Assembly (NCBI GenBank): GCA_963832105.1
Contig: CAWHSS010000002.1
Coordinates: 422,150-486,149 of the forward strand
Direction of reading: 5' to 3'
Length of the DNA stretch: 64,000 nucleotides
Source: an uncultured Chloroflexia bacterium
GTDB taxonomy: Bacteria; Chloroflexota; Limnocylindria; Limnocylindrales; CSP1-4
The position numbers were made by a program, and so were the translations under genes. Shown here one piece after another: positions 55,619 to 64,000 of the stretch; the stretch's first letter is position 1; each line of letters begins with the position of its first letter. The notes below the pieces were generated by a model. That model did not search any database. It saw only the letters and a list, made by a program, of their open reading frames with translations, and was not told the origin of the DNA.

Positions 55619-57358
55619 CTACGGCGCCGGAGGCGGCGGGTTCAGGAACCCTGCGAACAGGAAGGTCCAGTACTCGAACAGGCCCTCCCGTCCCTTGTGG
55701 AGCGGATGCTCGGCGTCCCACTGGACGGCGTACGTGGTGACGACGTCGTTCGCGTCGAACGTGCCCCCGTTGTGGAACTTCACACCCTCGCGGAGGGTGC
55801 AGGTCCAGAGACTGGAGTCGGCGTTTGCCGTGCACCCGGTCGCGAGGGCCGGCTCGGGATCGGTGCCGCCGATCTTGTACGAGTAGAGCGCCTCGAGGAT
55901 CTGCTCGCAGACCCGGAGCGACTCACCGTCAGTCTCGTCGGCGCAGTACAGGCCGCCCGGCTCACCGTTCTGGAGCCAGATCAGCGTGTCCCGGTCACCG
56001 GCCTTCATCGCGAACAGGGCCTCGTTCCCGAGCGGGGACGAGTGGCCACCGACGACATCGGCCTTGAACACGGTGGCGGAGCCGCCGTGCGCGACCGGGA
56101 TCATCGGGACGTGGAGCTTGATCGCATCGTTGGCGGTCTTGTAGAGCTCGGCGCGAGCAGCCGGGTCGGCTGTCTTCCCGCCCTCGACGAGCGGTGCCGT
56201 GATGTCGTCGAACTTCTTGCCGAACTGATCTGAGGCGCCGACGCCGAAGTGGACGTCGAGGAAGTTCGTGACATCCGGATAGTCGGCTCCCCAGCCGAGC
56301 AGGTGAATGCCCGGCAGCTCACCGCGGCTGGCCGTCGTCAGGTACGTGGTCGCGTCCTGGACGTCGATCTCGGCGGTGATGTTGAGGTTGGCCTTGAGCT
56401 GCGCCTGGATGTCCTGGGCGACGGTAACGGGCGACGGCAGGTAGCCGCGCACGACGTCGCGCAGGTGGAGCTTCGTGGTGAAGCCATCCGGGAAGCCAGC
56501 CTCCGCGAGGAGTGACTTGGCCTTCGCCGGGTCGTATGCATACCACTCGTCGCCGCTGCAGCCGCCGGCGATGTCGCACGGCGTGAAGTGCGAGGCGACT
56601 TCGGAGCCGGGCGGATAGAAGTTGTCGACGATCCGCTTCCGGTCGATGCCCTGGGCGATCGCCTGGCGGACCTTCTCGTTGTCGAACGGCTTGAAGGCGT
56701 TGTTGAACCCGACGTAGAAGACGTTGAGCGCCGTGCGCGGGTAGAGCTTGAGATCGGGGTTCGCCTCGATCGTCGCGAAGTCGTCCGGGCCGGGGTTGTC
56801 GATGCCGTCGGCACCAACGCCACCGGTGAGCTCGATGAGCCGCTGAGCGGCCTCCGGGCTCCAGCGGATGACGGCGTTCGGGGTCATGGGCGGATCGCCC
56901 CAGTAGTCGGCGAACGTCTCGAGCGAGATCTCCGAGCCGGACGTCCAGGCCTTGAGCTTGTACGGGCCCGTGCCGTTCGGGTTGCGGAACAGGGCCTCGC
57001 CGCCGCCGCCGGTCTCCGCGAGGAAGTCGGCATCCTGGATCGCGAGCGAGGTGAATGCGATCTTCGAGAGGAAGGCCGCGTCAGGTGCGCACAGCGCGAA
57101 CTCGACGGTCTTGGCGTCGATCGCCTTGATCGAGCCGATCTGGCCCTGGTAGCCCTCGGTTCCGCAGGCGGACGAGCCGTCCTCCGGGTACTGGAGCCCG
57201 TCGTACGGTTCAACACTCGCCGGCGGCTGGCTCGCGGCCTGGCTACCAGCGGCGCTGGCGGCAGGGCTCGGCGAAGCCGCGGTGCCACAGGCGGTGAAGA
57301 TGAGCACAGCTGTCGCGCACAACGCGAGCAGCGGTGACCACCTCGGTGATCGGGACAT
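55619..57358 (-). CDS. Family-5 ABC substrate-binding lipoprotein, apparently circularly permuted
   Basis: Lipobox FTAC, GTGPYK, VRQAIAQGIDR. The usual N-terminal motif (PALAT...WTCTLREGVKFHNG) sits at the C-terminus. Confidence 0.9.
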   Translation of the reverse strand: MSRSPRWSPLLALCATAVLIFTACGTAASPSPAASAAGSQAASQPPASVEPYDGLQYPEDGSSACGTEGYQGQIGSIKAIDAKTVEFALCAPDAAFLSKIAFTSLAIQDADFLAETGGGGEALFRNPNGTGPYKLKAWTSGSEISLETFADYWGDPPMTPNAVIRWSPEAAQRLIELTGGVGADGIDNPGPDDFATIEANPDLKLYPRTALNVFYVGFNNAFKPFDNEKVRQAIAQGIDRKRIVDNFYPPGSEVASHFTPCDIAGGCSGDEWYAYDPAKAKSLLAEAGFPDGFTTKLHLRDVVRGYLPSPVTVAQDIQAQLKANLNITAEIDVQDATTYLTTASRGELPGIHLLGWGADYPDVTNFLDVHFGVGASDQFGKKFDDITAPLVEGGKTADPAARAELYKTANDAIKLHVPMIPVAHGGSATVFKADVVGGHSSPLGNEALFAMKAGDRDTLIWLQNGEPGGLYCADETDGESLRVCEQILEALYSYKIGGTDPEPALATGCTANADSSLWTCTLREGVKFHNGGTFDANDVVTTYAVQWDAEHPLHKGREGLFEYWTFLFAGFLNPPPPAP

Positions 57359-57589
57359 GCAGTGTCTCCTCCTCCAAACGGCTCCCCCGGGCTCGTCGAT
57401 CCGATCCGGGCGGAGCGGCCGTTGCCGCGCGTAATCGGCCCGCAGGCCGCAGGTCGCGTGCGCGGAAGCCTAGCACCGCCGAGCACGCGTCGTCACCCAT
57501 GAACGTACCGCTCAAACGGGCTCGCGAGTTCACGTTCGAGCGGGCCTCCGCACGCGGTCCGCGCGGCCATGAACCGCTATCCTCCGTTC

Positions 57590-58559
57590 GTGACGACGCT
57601 CCGGATCGCCCTCGCCCAGATCGCCCCCCGACTCGGGATGTTCGACGAGAACCTCGCCCTCCATCACGAGCTCCTCCGCGAGGCGCGCGCGAAGGGGGCC
57701 GGGCTCGTCGTCTTCCCCGAGCTGGGGCTGACCGGCTACCTGCTCCAGGACCTCGCCTCGGAAGTCGCGATCCGCCTCGACGATCCTCGCCTCGCTTCGC
57801 TTGCCGCGGAGACGGAGGACCTGTCGGTCGTGGTCTCGTTCGTCGAGGAGTCCGGCGACCATCGCCTGTTCATCGCGGCGGCGCTGCTCGAGGACGGCCG
57901 GATCCGCCACGTCCACCGGAAGCTGTTCCTGCCGACCTACGGCCTGTTCGACGAGCGCCGCTTCTTCGCCGCGGGCGATCTCCTGCGGGCGACGCCGTCG
58001 CGGCTGGGGGTCGGGGTGGGGCTCGCGGTCTGCGAGGACTTCTGGCACCTGTCCGTTCCGCAGCTCCTTGCCCTCGACGGCGCCCAGATGCTGATCAACG
58101 TCTCGTCGTCGCCCGGCCGCGACCTCGCGGCGACGAACGAGGTCGGGCTCGGGACCGCGACGTCGTGGCGGACGATCATGCGGACCTACGCCCAGCTCAC
58201 GACCTCGTTCGTCGTCTTCTGCAACCGGGTCGGGATCGACGAGTCGATCTCGTTCTGGGGCGGCTCGGAGGTGATCGCCCCGACCGGCCAGCCGCTCTTC
58301 TCGGCGCCGTTCTTCGAGGAGGGCCTCTTCACCGTCGACGTCTCGCTGGCGGACGTCCGACGCGAACGGGTGGCGATTGCCGCTGCTTCGCGACGAGCGG
58401 CCCGAGCTCGCCGTGCGGGAGCTGTCGCGGATCGTCGCCGAGCGCGCGGGCCTGCACCCCGACACGACGGCCGACGATGGGGCCGAGCCCGGCCTCGACG
58501 TCGCTCCGGGCGACCCGATCGAGCGCCCGATCGGCTTCCAGCCGGGCGTCCGCCGGTGA
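57590..58559 (+). CDS. Nitrilase-family C-N hydrolase (probable glutaminase partner of NadE), frameshift near 58376
   Basis: LRIALAQ, VFPELGLTGY, RKLFLPTYGLFDERRFF, VCEDFW (E-K-C triad). Confidence 0.88.
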
Positions 58560-58564
58560 CGGCG

Positions 58565-59438
58565 ATGCCCGACGCGGTGGACACGGGCGGCCTGTTCGAG
58601 CTGCCGGCCGAGCTCGCGATCGACACCGATGTCGCCCGCCGCGTCATCGGCCAGTTCATCCGGGGCCAGCTTCGCCAGGCGGGCTTCGACAAGGTCGTCC
58701 TGGGCCTGTCGGGCGGGCATCGATTCGGCGCTCGTCGCGTATCTGGTCGCCGAGGCGATCGGCGCCGAGAAGCTGCTGTGCGTGATGATGCCGTACCGGG
58801 CGTCGTCGCCTGCGTCCCGGGCCGACGCCGAAGAGGTCGTCCGACGGCTTGGCGCCGCCAGCGAGGTCGTGGACATCAGCCCGATGGTCGACGCGTTCTT
58901 CGCAGCCGATCCGGACGCGACGCCGGTCCGTCGCGGCAACTTCATGGCCCGCCAGCGAATGGCGGTCCTGTACGACCGCTCGGTCACGTGGGGCGGGCTC
59001 GTGGTCGGGACGGGCAACAAGACCGAGTCGCTGATCGGCTACACGACGCTCTTCGGCGACAGTGCGTGCGCGTTCAACCCGATCGGCGACCTCTACAAGA
59101 GCCAGGTCCGCCAGATCGCCGCCGCGATGGGCGTCCCGGAGGAGATCATCACGAAGGCGCCGTCGGCCGACCTCTGGCCGGGCCAGACCGACGAGGCGGA
59201 GGCGGGCTTCAGCTACCCGGTCCTCGATCGATTGCTCTTCTGGCGGATCGACAAGCGGCGCTCGATCGACGAGCTGGTCGAACTGGGCTTCGAGCGGGCG
59301 CTGGTCGAGCGGGTCGACCGGATGGTCGCGACCTCCGAGTTCAAGCGCCAGGTCCCGCCGATCGCGAAGCTCGGGCCGCGGACGGCGGGCGTCGACTACC
59401 TCTACCCGCGACGCCGGCCGGGCTCCGCGCGCGAGTGA
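58565..59438 (+). CDS. nadE: NAD+ synthetase (synthetase-only subunit), frameshift near 58715
   Basis: GLSGGIDS, GNFMARQRM, GTGNKTE, GYTTLFGD, KAPSADLW. Confidence 0.93.
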
Positions 59439-60310
59439 CGGGCGGGACGTCGGGCGGCCGGCTGTTCGTCGTCGCGACCCCGATCGGGAACCTCGGCGAC
59501 GTCACGCTGCGCGCTCTCGAGGTCCTCCGGGCGGTCCCGCTCATTGCCGCCGAGGACACCCGGATCACTCGGCGCCTGCTCGAGCGGCACGCGGTGGAGA
59601 CGCGGACGATCAGCTATCACGCCCGGAGCGGCCCGGGCCGTGCCGCGGAGCTCCTCGACCACCTCCGCCGCGGCGAGGACCTGGCCCTCGTGACCGATGC
59701 CGGGACGCCGAGCGTCAGCGACCCCGGAGACGAGCTCGTCGCCGCCTGGGCGGCCGAGGGCGGGATCGTCGTCCCGATCCCGGGCGCGTCGGCGGTGCTG
59801 TCGGCCGTCGTCGCGAGCGGGATCGCGGGACCGCGCTGGTCGTTCGAGGGCTTCCTGCCCCGGAGCGGCCGGGAGCGGCGGGAGCGAATCGCCCGGATTG
59901 CCGCTGACGAGCGGGGCACCGTCCTGTACGAAGCGCCGAGCCGGGTCGTCGCGACGCTGCGCGACCTCGCGGCCGCGTGCGGCCCGGACCGGCCGGCCGC
60001 GATCTGCCGCGAGCTCACGAAGCTCCACGAGGAGGTCGTCCGGGCCCCGCTCGGCGTCCTCGCGCAGCGGGCGGCCGATGGCGAGCTCACGCTCCGGGGC
60101 GAGTTTGCGATCGTCGTCGGCGAGCAACCGGGCGGCATGCCGGCCAGCGCAGCGTCTGAGGCTGCCGCCGATGCGGCCCTCGAGGCTGCTCGCGCCGAGG
60201 TGGAGAAACTCATCGCCGCGGGCACGTCGCGCGGCGATGCTGCCCGACAAATTGGGGCCGCGACCGGCATCCCTCGCCGCCGGCTCTACGGCGCGCCCGA
60301 GGATCGCTAG
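59435..60310 (+). CDS. rsmI: 16S rRNA C1402 2'-O-methyltransferase
   Basis: LFVVATPIGNLGD, AEDTR, DAGTPSVSDPG, RELTKLHEE. Confidence 0.96.
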   Translation: MTGGTSGGRLFVVATPIGNLGDVTLRALEVLRAVPLIAAEDTRITRRLLERHAVETRTISYHARSGPGRAAELLDHLRRGEDLALVTDAGTPSVSDPGDELVAAWAAEGGIVVPIPGASAVLSAVVASGIAGPRWSFEGFLPRSGRERRERIARIAADERGTVLYEAPSRVVATLRDLAAACGPDRPAAICRELTKLHEEVVRAPLGVLAQRAADGELTLRGEFAIVVGEQPGGMPASAASEAAADAALEAARAEVEKLIAAGTSRGDAARQIGAATGIPRRRLYGAPEDR

Positions 60311-60319
60311 GATTCAGGC

Positions 60320-61453
60320 ATGACGGCTGCCCACCCGCCGGCTCCCGGCGGCATCCCGATCCTGGGGCCCCTCGGCCCGACAACGCGCATCTTCCTCGTC
60401 GCGACCCTGGTGCTCGCGATTGCGGCGATCGTCCTCGACTTCATCCTCCACGCCGACCCGACGATCCTCTTCCTCGCTTCCGCTGCGGCGATCCTCGGCC
60501 TGGCCTGGGTCGTCGGCCTGTCGACCGAGCGACTGGGAGCGATCAGCGGGCCGCAGGTCGGCGGCATCCTCAATGCGACGTTCGGCAACATCGCCGAGCT
60601 GATCATCGCGTTCTTCGCCCTGCAGGCCGGTCTCATCGAGGTCGTCAAGGCGTCGATCACGGGCTCGATCATCGGCAACCTGCTGCTCGTCCTTGGGGCG
60701 AGCGTCCTTCTCGGCGGGCTCAAGAACGGGACGCAGCGGTTCAGCCAGCAGGTCGCGGGCTCGAACGCCGCCCTCCTGGTGCTCGCCGCGATCGGGCTGT
60801 TCATCCCGGCGGTGTTCGCGGCCTCGACGGCCATCCCGACGGAGGGCAACCTCGTCCAGGAGTCCGTCCTCGTGGCGCTCCTCCTGATGGCGGGCTACGT
60901 CCTGTCGCTCGTCTTCCAGTTCACGAACCCAACCCAGACGCTCGGCGGCCACGGACCGGCGGAGGGCCACGGCGGGCCGGCCTGGACGGGAAGAACGGCG
61001 GTCTTCGTGCTGCTCACCGCCGCCGTCCTGCTCGCCGTTCTGTCCGAGATCCTCGTCGGGGCGATCGAACCGTTCATCGCTCGGTTCGGGCTGTCGGAGT
61101 TCTTCGTCGGGGTGATCCTCATCCCGACGATCGGCAACCTCGCCGAGCACCTCGTCGCCGTCCAGCTCGCCTTCAAGAACAAGATGGAGTTCGCGATGGC
61201 GGTGAGCTTCGGATCGAGCCTCCAGGTCGCGCTGTTCGTCGGCCCCGTCCTCGTGCTGCTCGGGCTCGTCCTCGGCCAGCCGATGGACCTCGTCTTCGAG
61301 CCGCTCGAGGTGGCGGCGGTCGGCGTCGCGGTCGGGATCAGTGCGCTCATCGCGTTCGACGGCGAGTCGAACTGGCTCGAAGGCGCACTGCTCATGCTCG
61401 TCTACATCATCCTGGCCGTCTCGTTCTTCGTGTTCGTCGGCCCGCGCGTCTGA
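60320..61453 (+). CDS. cax: Ca2+/H+ antiporter (CAX/ChaA family)
   Basis: LNATFGNIAE, GNLAEH, GSSLQVALF, SNWLEG. Confidence 0.93.
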   Translation: MTAAHPPAPGGIPILGPLGPTTRIFLVATLVLAIAAIVLDFILHADPTILFLASAAAILGLAWVVGLSTERLGAISGPQVGGILNATFGNIAELIIAFFALQAGLIEVVKASITGSIIGNLLLVLGASVLLGGLKNGTQRFSQQVAGSNAALLVLAAIGLFIPAVFAASTAIPTEGNLVQESVLVALLLMAGYVLSLVFQFTNPTQTLGGHGPAEGHGGPAWTGRTAVFVLLTAAVLLAVLSEILVGAIEPFIARFGLSEFFVGVILIPTIGNLAEHLVAVQLAFKNKMEFAMAVSFGSSLQVALFVGPVLVLLGLVLGQPMDLVFEPLEVAAVGVAVGISALIAFDGESNWLEGALLMLVYIILAVSFFVFVGPRV

Positions 61454-61454
61454 G

Positions 61455-61492
61455 CGGGCCGGCAGCGGGGAGGGAGAACCGCCGCCGGCCCG
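61455..61492. terminator. Hairpin between convergent cax and ssb
   Basis: CGGGCCGGCAGCGG...CCGCCGCCGGCCCG. Confidence 0.45.
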
Positions 61493-61520
61493 GATTGGAG
61501 AGAGTCGTCTCGGTGGCGGG

Positions 61521-61985
61521 TCAGGCGGCTACCGTCTCCGCCTCCTCCGACTCCGACTCCTCGGCCGTCAACGGCTCGCCGGCGGCCGCCGCGGCCGCCT
61601 CCTCGTCGTCGCCGTACGCCGCCGCCTGGCTGGCGAGGGCATTCGCCGCCGACTCGGCCGCGTAGTCCTTCTTCCGCCGTCCCGACAGCATCTCGACGTG
61701 GTTGGCGACGATCTCCGTCTTCCAGTGGCGGACGCCGCGGTCGTCGTCCCAGCTGCGGGTCTGGAGCCGGCCCTCGATCGCGACCTGCTGGCCCTTGCCG
61801 AGGAATTCGCCGCACGTCTGGGCGAGCCGATCCCACGTGACGATGTTGTGGTACTCGGCCTTTTCCTTGCCCTGGCCGATGTACTCGTTGGTGGCGATGC
61901 TGAACTGCGTCACGGTCTTGCCGCTCGACAGGCTTCGCATCTCCGGGTCGCGGGTGAGGCGACCAGTCAGAAGCACCTTGTTCAC
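61521..61985 (-). CDS. ssb: Single-stranded DNA-binding protein (atypical C-terminus)
   Basis: NKVLLTGRLTRDPEMR, IEGRLQTRSW, KTEIVA. SD AAGGAG. Confidence 0.93.
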   Translation of the reverse strand: MNKVLLTGRLTRDPEMRSLSSGKTVTQFSIATNEYIGQGKEKAEYHNIVTWDRLAQTCGEFLGKGQQVAIEGRLQTRSWDDDRGVRHWKTEIVANHVEMLSGRRKKDYAAESAANALASQAAAYGDDEEAAAAAAGEPLTAEESESEEAETVAA

Positions 61986-62264
61986 GGTGCGCGTTCTCCT
62001 TCTCGGCCGGCCGACGGGGAATCGGGCCGACCCTGCGTGGTCCGGCGGGATCAACGCGGCGGGGCTGGGGCGGTATGCGGCGGGCAGGACGAAGGGTTGC
62101 CGGCCCCGGCGGCGGGCAGTCCGGGCGGGTCGGCGGACCTCGGTGGTCTGCTATCCGTCGGTACGGCGGTCGGCGAGGCCGGCTGGAGCCTGGCGGGCAC
62201 CGCAGACGCTAGCAGGGGGCTCTGCACCGGCGGCTCACCGGACGCTTCACCGTGGATTTGCAGC

Positions 62265-62450
62265 GCGCGTTGGACTCCTCGCTGGTCCGGCTGGCGGACC
62301 AAGGAGCGGGCGATACGTTTGAAATCGCGGCTCAGCCGCTCTTCCTACGCTAGTTGGTCCCGCTGGCGGACCAAGGAGCGGGCGACCCGCCGAAAAGGCC
62401 GCGCGTTGGAGCCTCCTCCGCCCGTTGGTCCGGCTGGCGGACCAGGCGAC
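62265..62450. repeat. Three palindromic repeat units at a 72/71-bp period
   Basis: TGGTCC(G/C)GCTGGCGGACCA at 62283, 62355 and 62426. The first two continue AGGAGCGGGCGA. Confidence 0.85.
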
Positions 62451-62483
62451 TGCCGCGCCGCGTGCCTGCGCCGGACAGCCGGA

Positions 62484-62525
62484 CAAACGATTGAGCCGCG
62501 TCCCAGAAAACGGGACGCGGCTCAA
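62484..62525 (-). terminator. Intrinsic terminator-like hairpin
   Basis: Perfect 14-bp stem TTGAGCCGCGTCCC/GGGACGCGGCTCAA, followed on the minus strand by TCGTTTGT. Confidence 0.65.
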
Positions 62526-62756
62526 TGAGTGCGACTGAGCCCGGCGGACGGTAGGAGGCTCGAGCGACTCCTCACCAGACCCACAGATATATGCCAGACG
62601 ATCCCCGGCGGGCTAGGGCATTGTGCGGCCTGTGTGGGCCTCCGAGCAACTAGGGAAGATGCCGTAATTTGCATCGGGCGAACGGTACTTCCGGCGGGTT
62701 CGCGAGGTACATTCCGGAAGGGCCGAGTGGAAGGGGTCGGCGGCTAGGCTTAACGG

Positions 62757-64000
62757 GTGATGCGTCTGCTCGGGGGCCTGGGCCTCGTTGCCCCGGTCGT
62801 ACTTCTTGCCGTGCTTATCGGCATGCCAGGCGCCATCGATTCGTGGGTCGACGAGGGGGCTCGATCGATCGTCGCGGCGGTGGCCGCCGGCGCGATCGGC
62901 GTGTCGCTGACCGCGATCGTCGTGTTCCTCTACGTGCGCATCCGATTCTGGCGAATCATCCGCGCCTCGGAGCGGCTTGCTGCGGGCGAGCTCGGAGTCA
63001 CCGTCCGCGCTCCGGCGAAGGGTCATGGCCTCGAAGGCCGACTGGCGCGAGCCGTGAACGCGATCTCCGCCGCGCTGGCCGAGACGACCGACGCCGCCAC
63101 GATGGACAAGCTGACCGGCGTCGCCAACAGGCGCGCCCTGCTCGTCGACCTGTTCAACGAAGTCGAACGCGCGAACCGCTACGAGCGACCGTTGTCGGTC
63201 GCCTTCGTCGACATCGACCACTTCAAGGCGGTCAACGACACCTACGGTCACGCGACGGGCGACATCGTGCTGCGCGGCGTCGCGCAGGTGATCCAGGCGA
63301 ACCTCCGGGCGACGGACACGGTCGGTCGCTACGGCGGCGAGGAATTCATGCTGATCCTCACCGAAACCGATGTCGAAGAGGGTGCCGTCCTGACCGAGAA
63401 GCTCCGGACGATCGTCGCCCGCGAGCGCTTCGCCGTCGACGGCAACCCCGAGCTGTCCGTCACGATCTCGATCGGGATCGCCGGTGGCGCCGGATCGCGC
63501 CTGACGAGTGACACCCTCGTGCGCGACGCCGACGCGGCGATGTACTCGGCGAAGTCGCTCGGGCGCAACCAGACATACATCTTCGCCGAGCCAGACGAGG
63601 ACGCCCGCATCCCCCGCGCCCCGATCTCCGCCGCGGGCCGAGCTCGCGCCGTCGAGATCGGCCTGGCGGCCCGGGACGCGGCAACGGCCAGCCTGACGGC
63701 CGTGATCTCGCCCCTGCCGCACTACAGCGGCCAGCCGTCGGCCCTCATTGCCTCGATCGTCGTGGCCATGGCCAAGAACCTCGCCCTGCCGCCCGCCGAG
63801 GTCGACCGGATCCGCGTCGCCGCCCTGCTCCACGACGTCGGCAAGGTCGCCGTCCCGCAGGAGATCCTCGACAAGCCGACGTCGCTCACGTCGGCCGAAT
63901 GGCGGTCGGTCGTCCAGCACCCGCGGATCGGCCAGGTCATCCTCGAGCAGGCGGCGGCGCTCAAGGAGGCGGTGCCGATCATCCTCCACCACCATGAGCG
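62757..64000 (+). CDS. Membrane HAMP-GGDEF-HD-GYP protein (3' partial; absent from ORF track)
   Basis: Two TM helices, HAMP-like segment, DKLTGVANRR, DIDHFKAVNDTYGH, RATD...GGEEF, LLHDVGK, HHHE. Confidence 0.92.
   Translation, partial: MMRLLGGLGLVAPVVLLAVLIGMPGAIDSWVDEGARSIVAAVAAGAIGVSLTAIVVFLYVRIRFWRIIRASERLAAGELGVTVRAPAKGHGLEGRLARAVNAISAALAETTDAATMDKLTGVANRRALLVDLFNEVERANRYERPLSVAFVDIDHFKAVNDTYGHATGDIVLRGVAQVIQANLRATDTVGRYGGEEFMLILTETDVEEGAVLTEKLRTIVARERFAVDGNPELSVTISIGIAGGAGSRLTSDTLVRDADAAMYSAKSLGRNQTYIFAEPDEDARIPRAPISAAGRARAVEIGLAARDAATASLTAVISPLPHYSGQPSALIASIVVAMAKNLALPPAEVDRIRVAALLHDVGKVAVPQEILDKPTSLTSAEWRSVVQHPRIGQVILEQAAALKEAVPIILHHHE

Noticed and set aside
57569-60310. 913-aa nitrilase-RsmI fusion
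   Set aside because: Most of the middle is off-frame readthrough of nadE caused by indels.
62265-62450. CRISPR array
   Set aside because: Only three units, the third is truncated, the spacers share sequence, and there is no AT-rich leader or cas gene in the window. Kept as an unexplained repeat.

Overview
A very GC-rich bacterial chromosomal segment. Gene content and style suggest a Chloroflexota of the Limnocylindria/Ellin6529 type (inference). It carries many single-base indels that break essential genes, most likely uncorrected long-read errors. In order it holds: sdhAB, RNase HI, a META lipoprotein, RNase P RNA, a divergent Cys4-protein/LysM pair, and a HAD hydrolase. Next is a division/cell-wall cluster (mraZ-rsmH-sORF-ftsL-ftsI-murF-mraY-murD-ftsW-murG-murB-ddl-ftsQ-DUF1290-ftsA-[yjbQ, surface protein]-ftsZ-yggS-DUF167, without murE or murC), then tRNA-Val(CAC), an alpha/beta hydrolase and pepN. 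Then come an acnA-moxR-DUF58-DUF4129 operon, DUF2520, a NUDIX-gcvTHPaPb-SBP operon, an ECF sigma/zinc anti-sigma pair and two convergent peptide ABC operons. The window ends with a split nitrilase+nadE, rsmI, cax, an atypical ssb and a partial GGDEF/HD-GYP gene. No transposase, integrase, phage or cas gene was seen. The least explained elements are: (1) a ~72-bp-period hairpin array plus a candidate sRNA upstream of the tail-less SSB; (2) a multibranch structured leader before the Opp operon, beside the ECF/anti-sigma and an orphan SBP; (3) a PPATD-type putative sorting signal; (4) several unannotated small ORFs; (5) a recurring leaderless TANNNT-N6-start architecture. No new system can be claimed from sequence alone.
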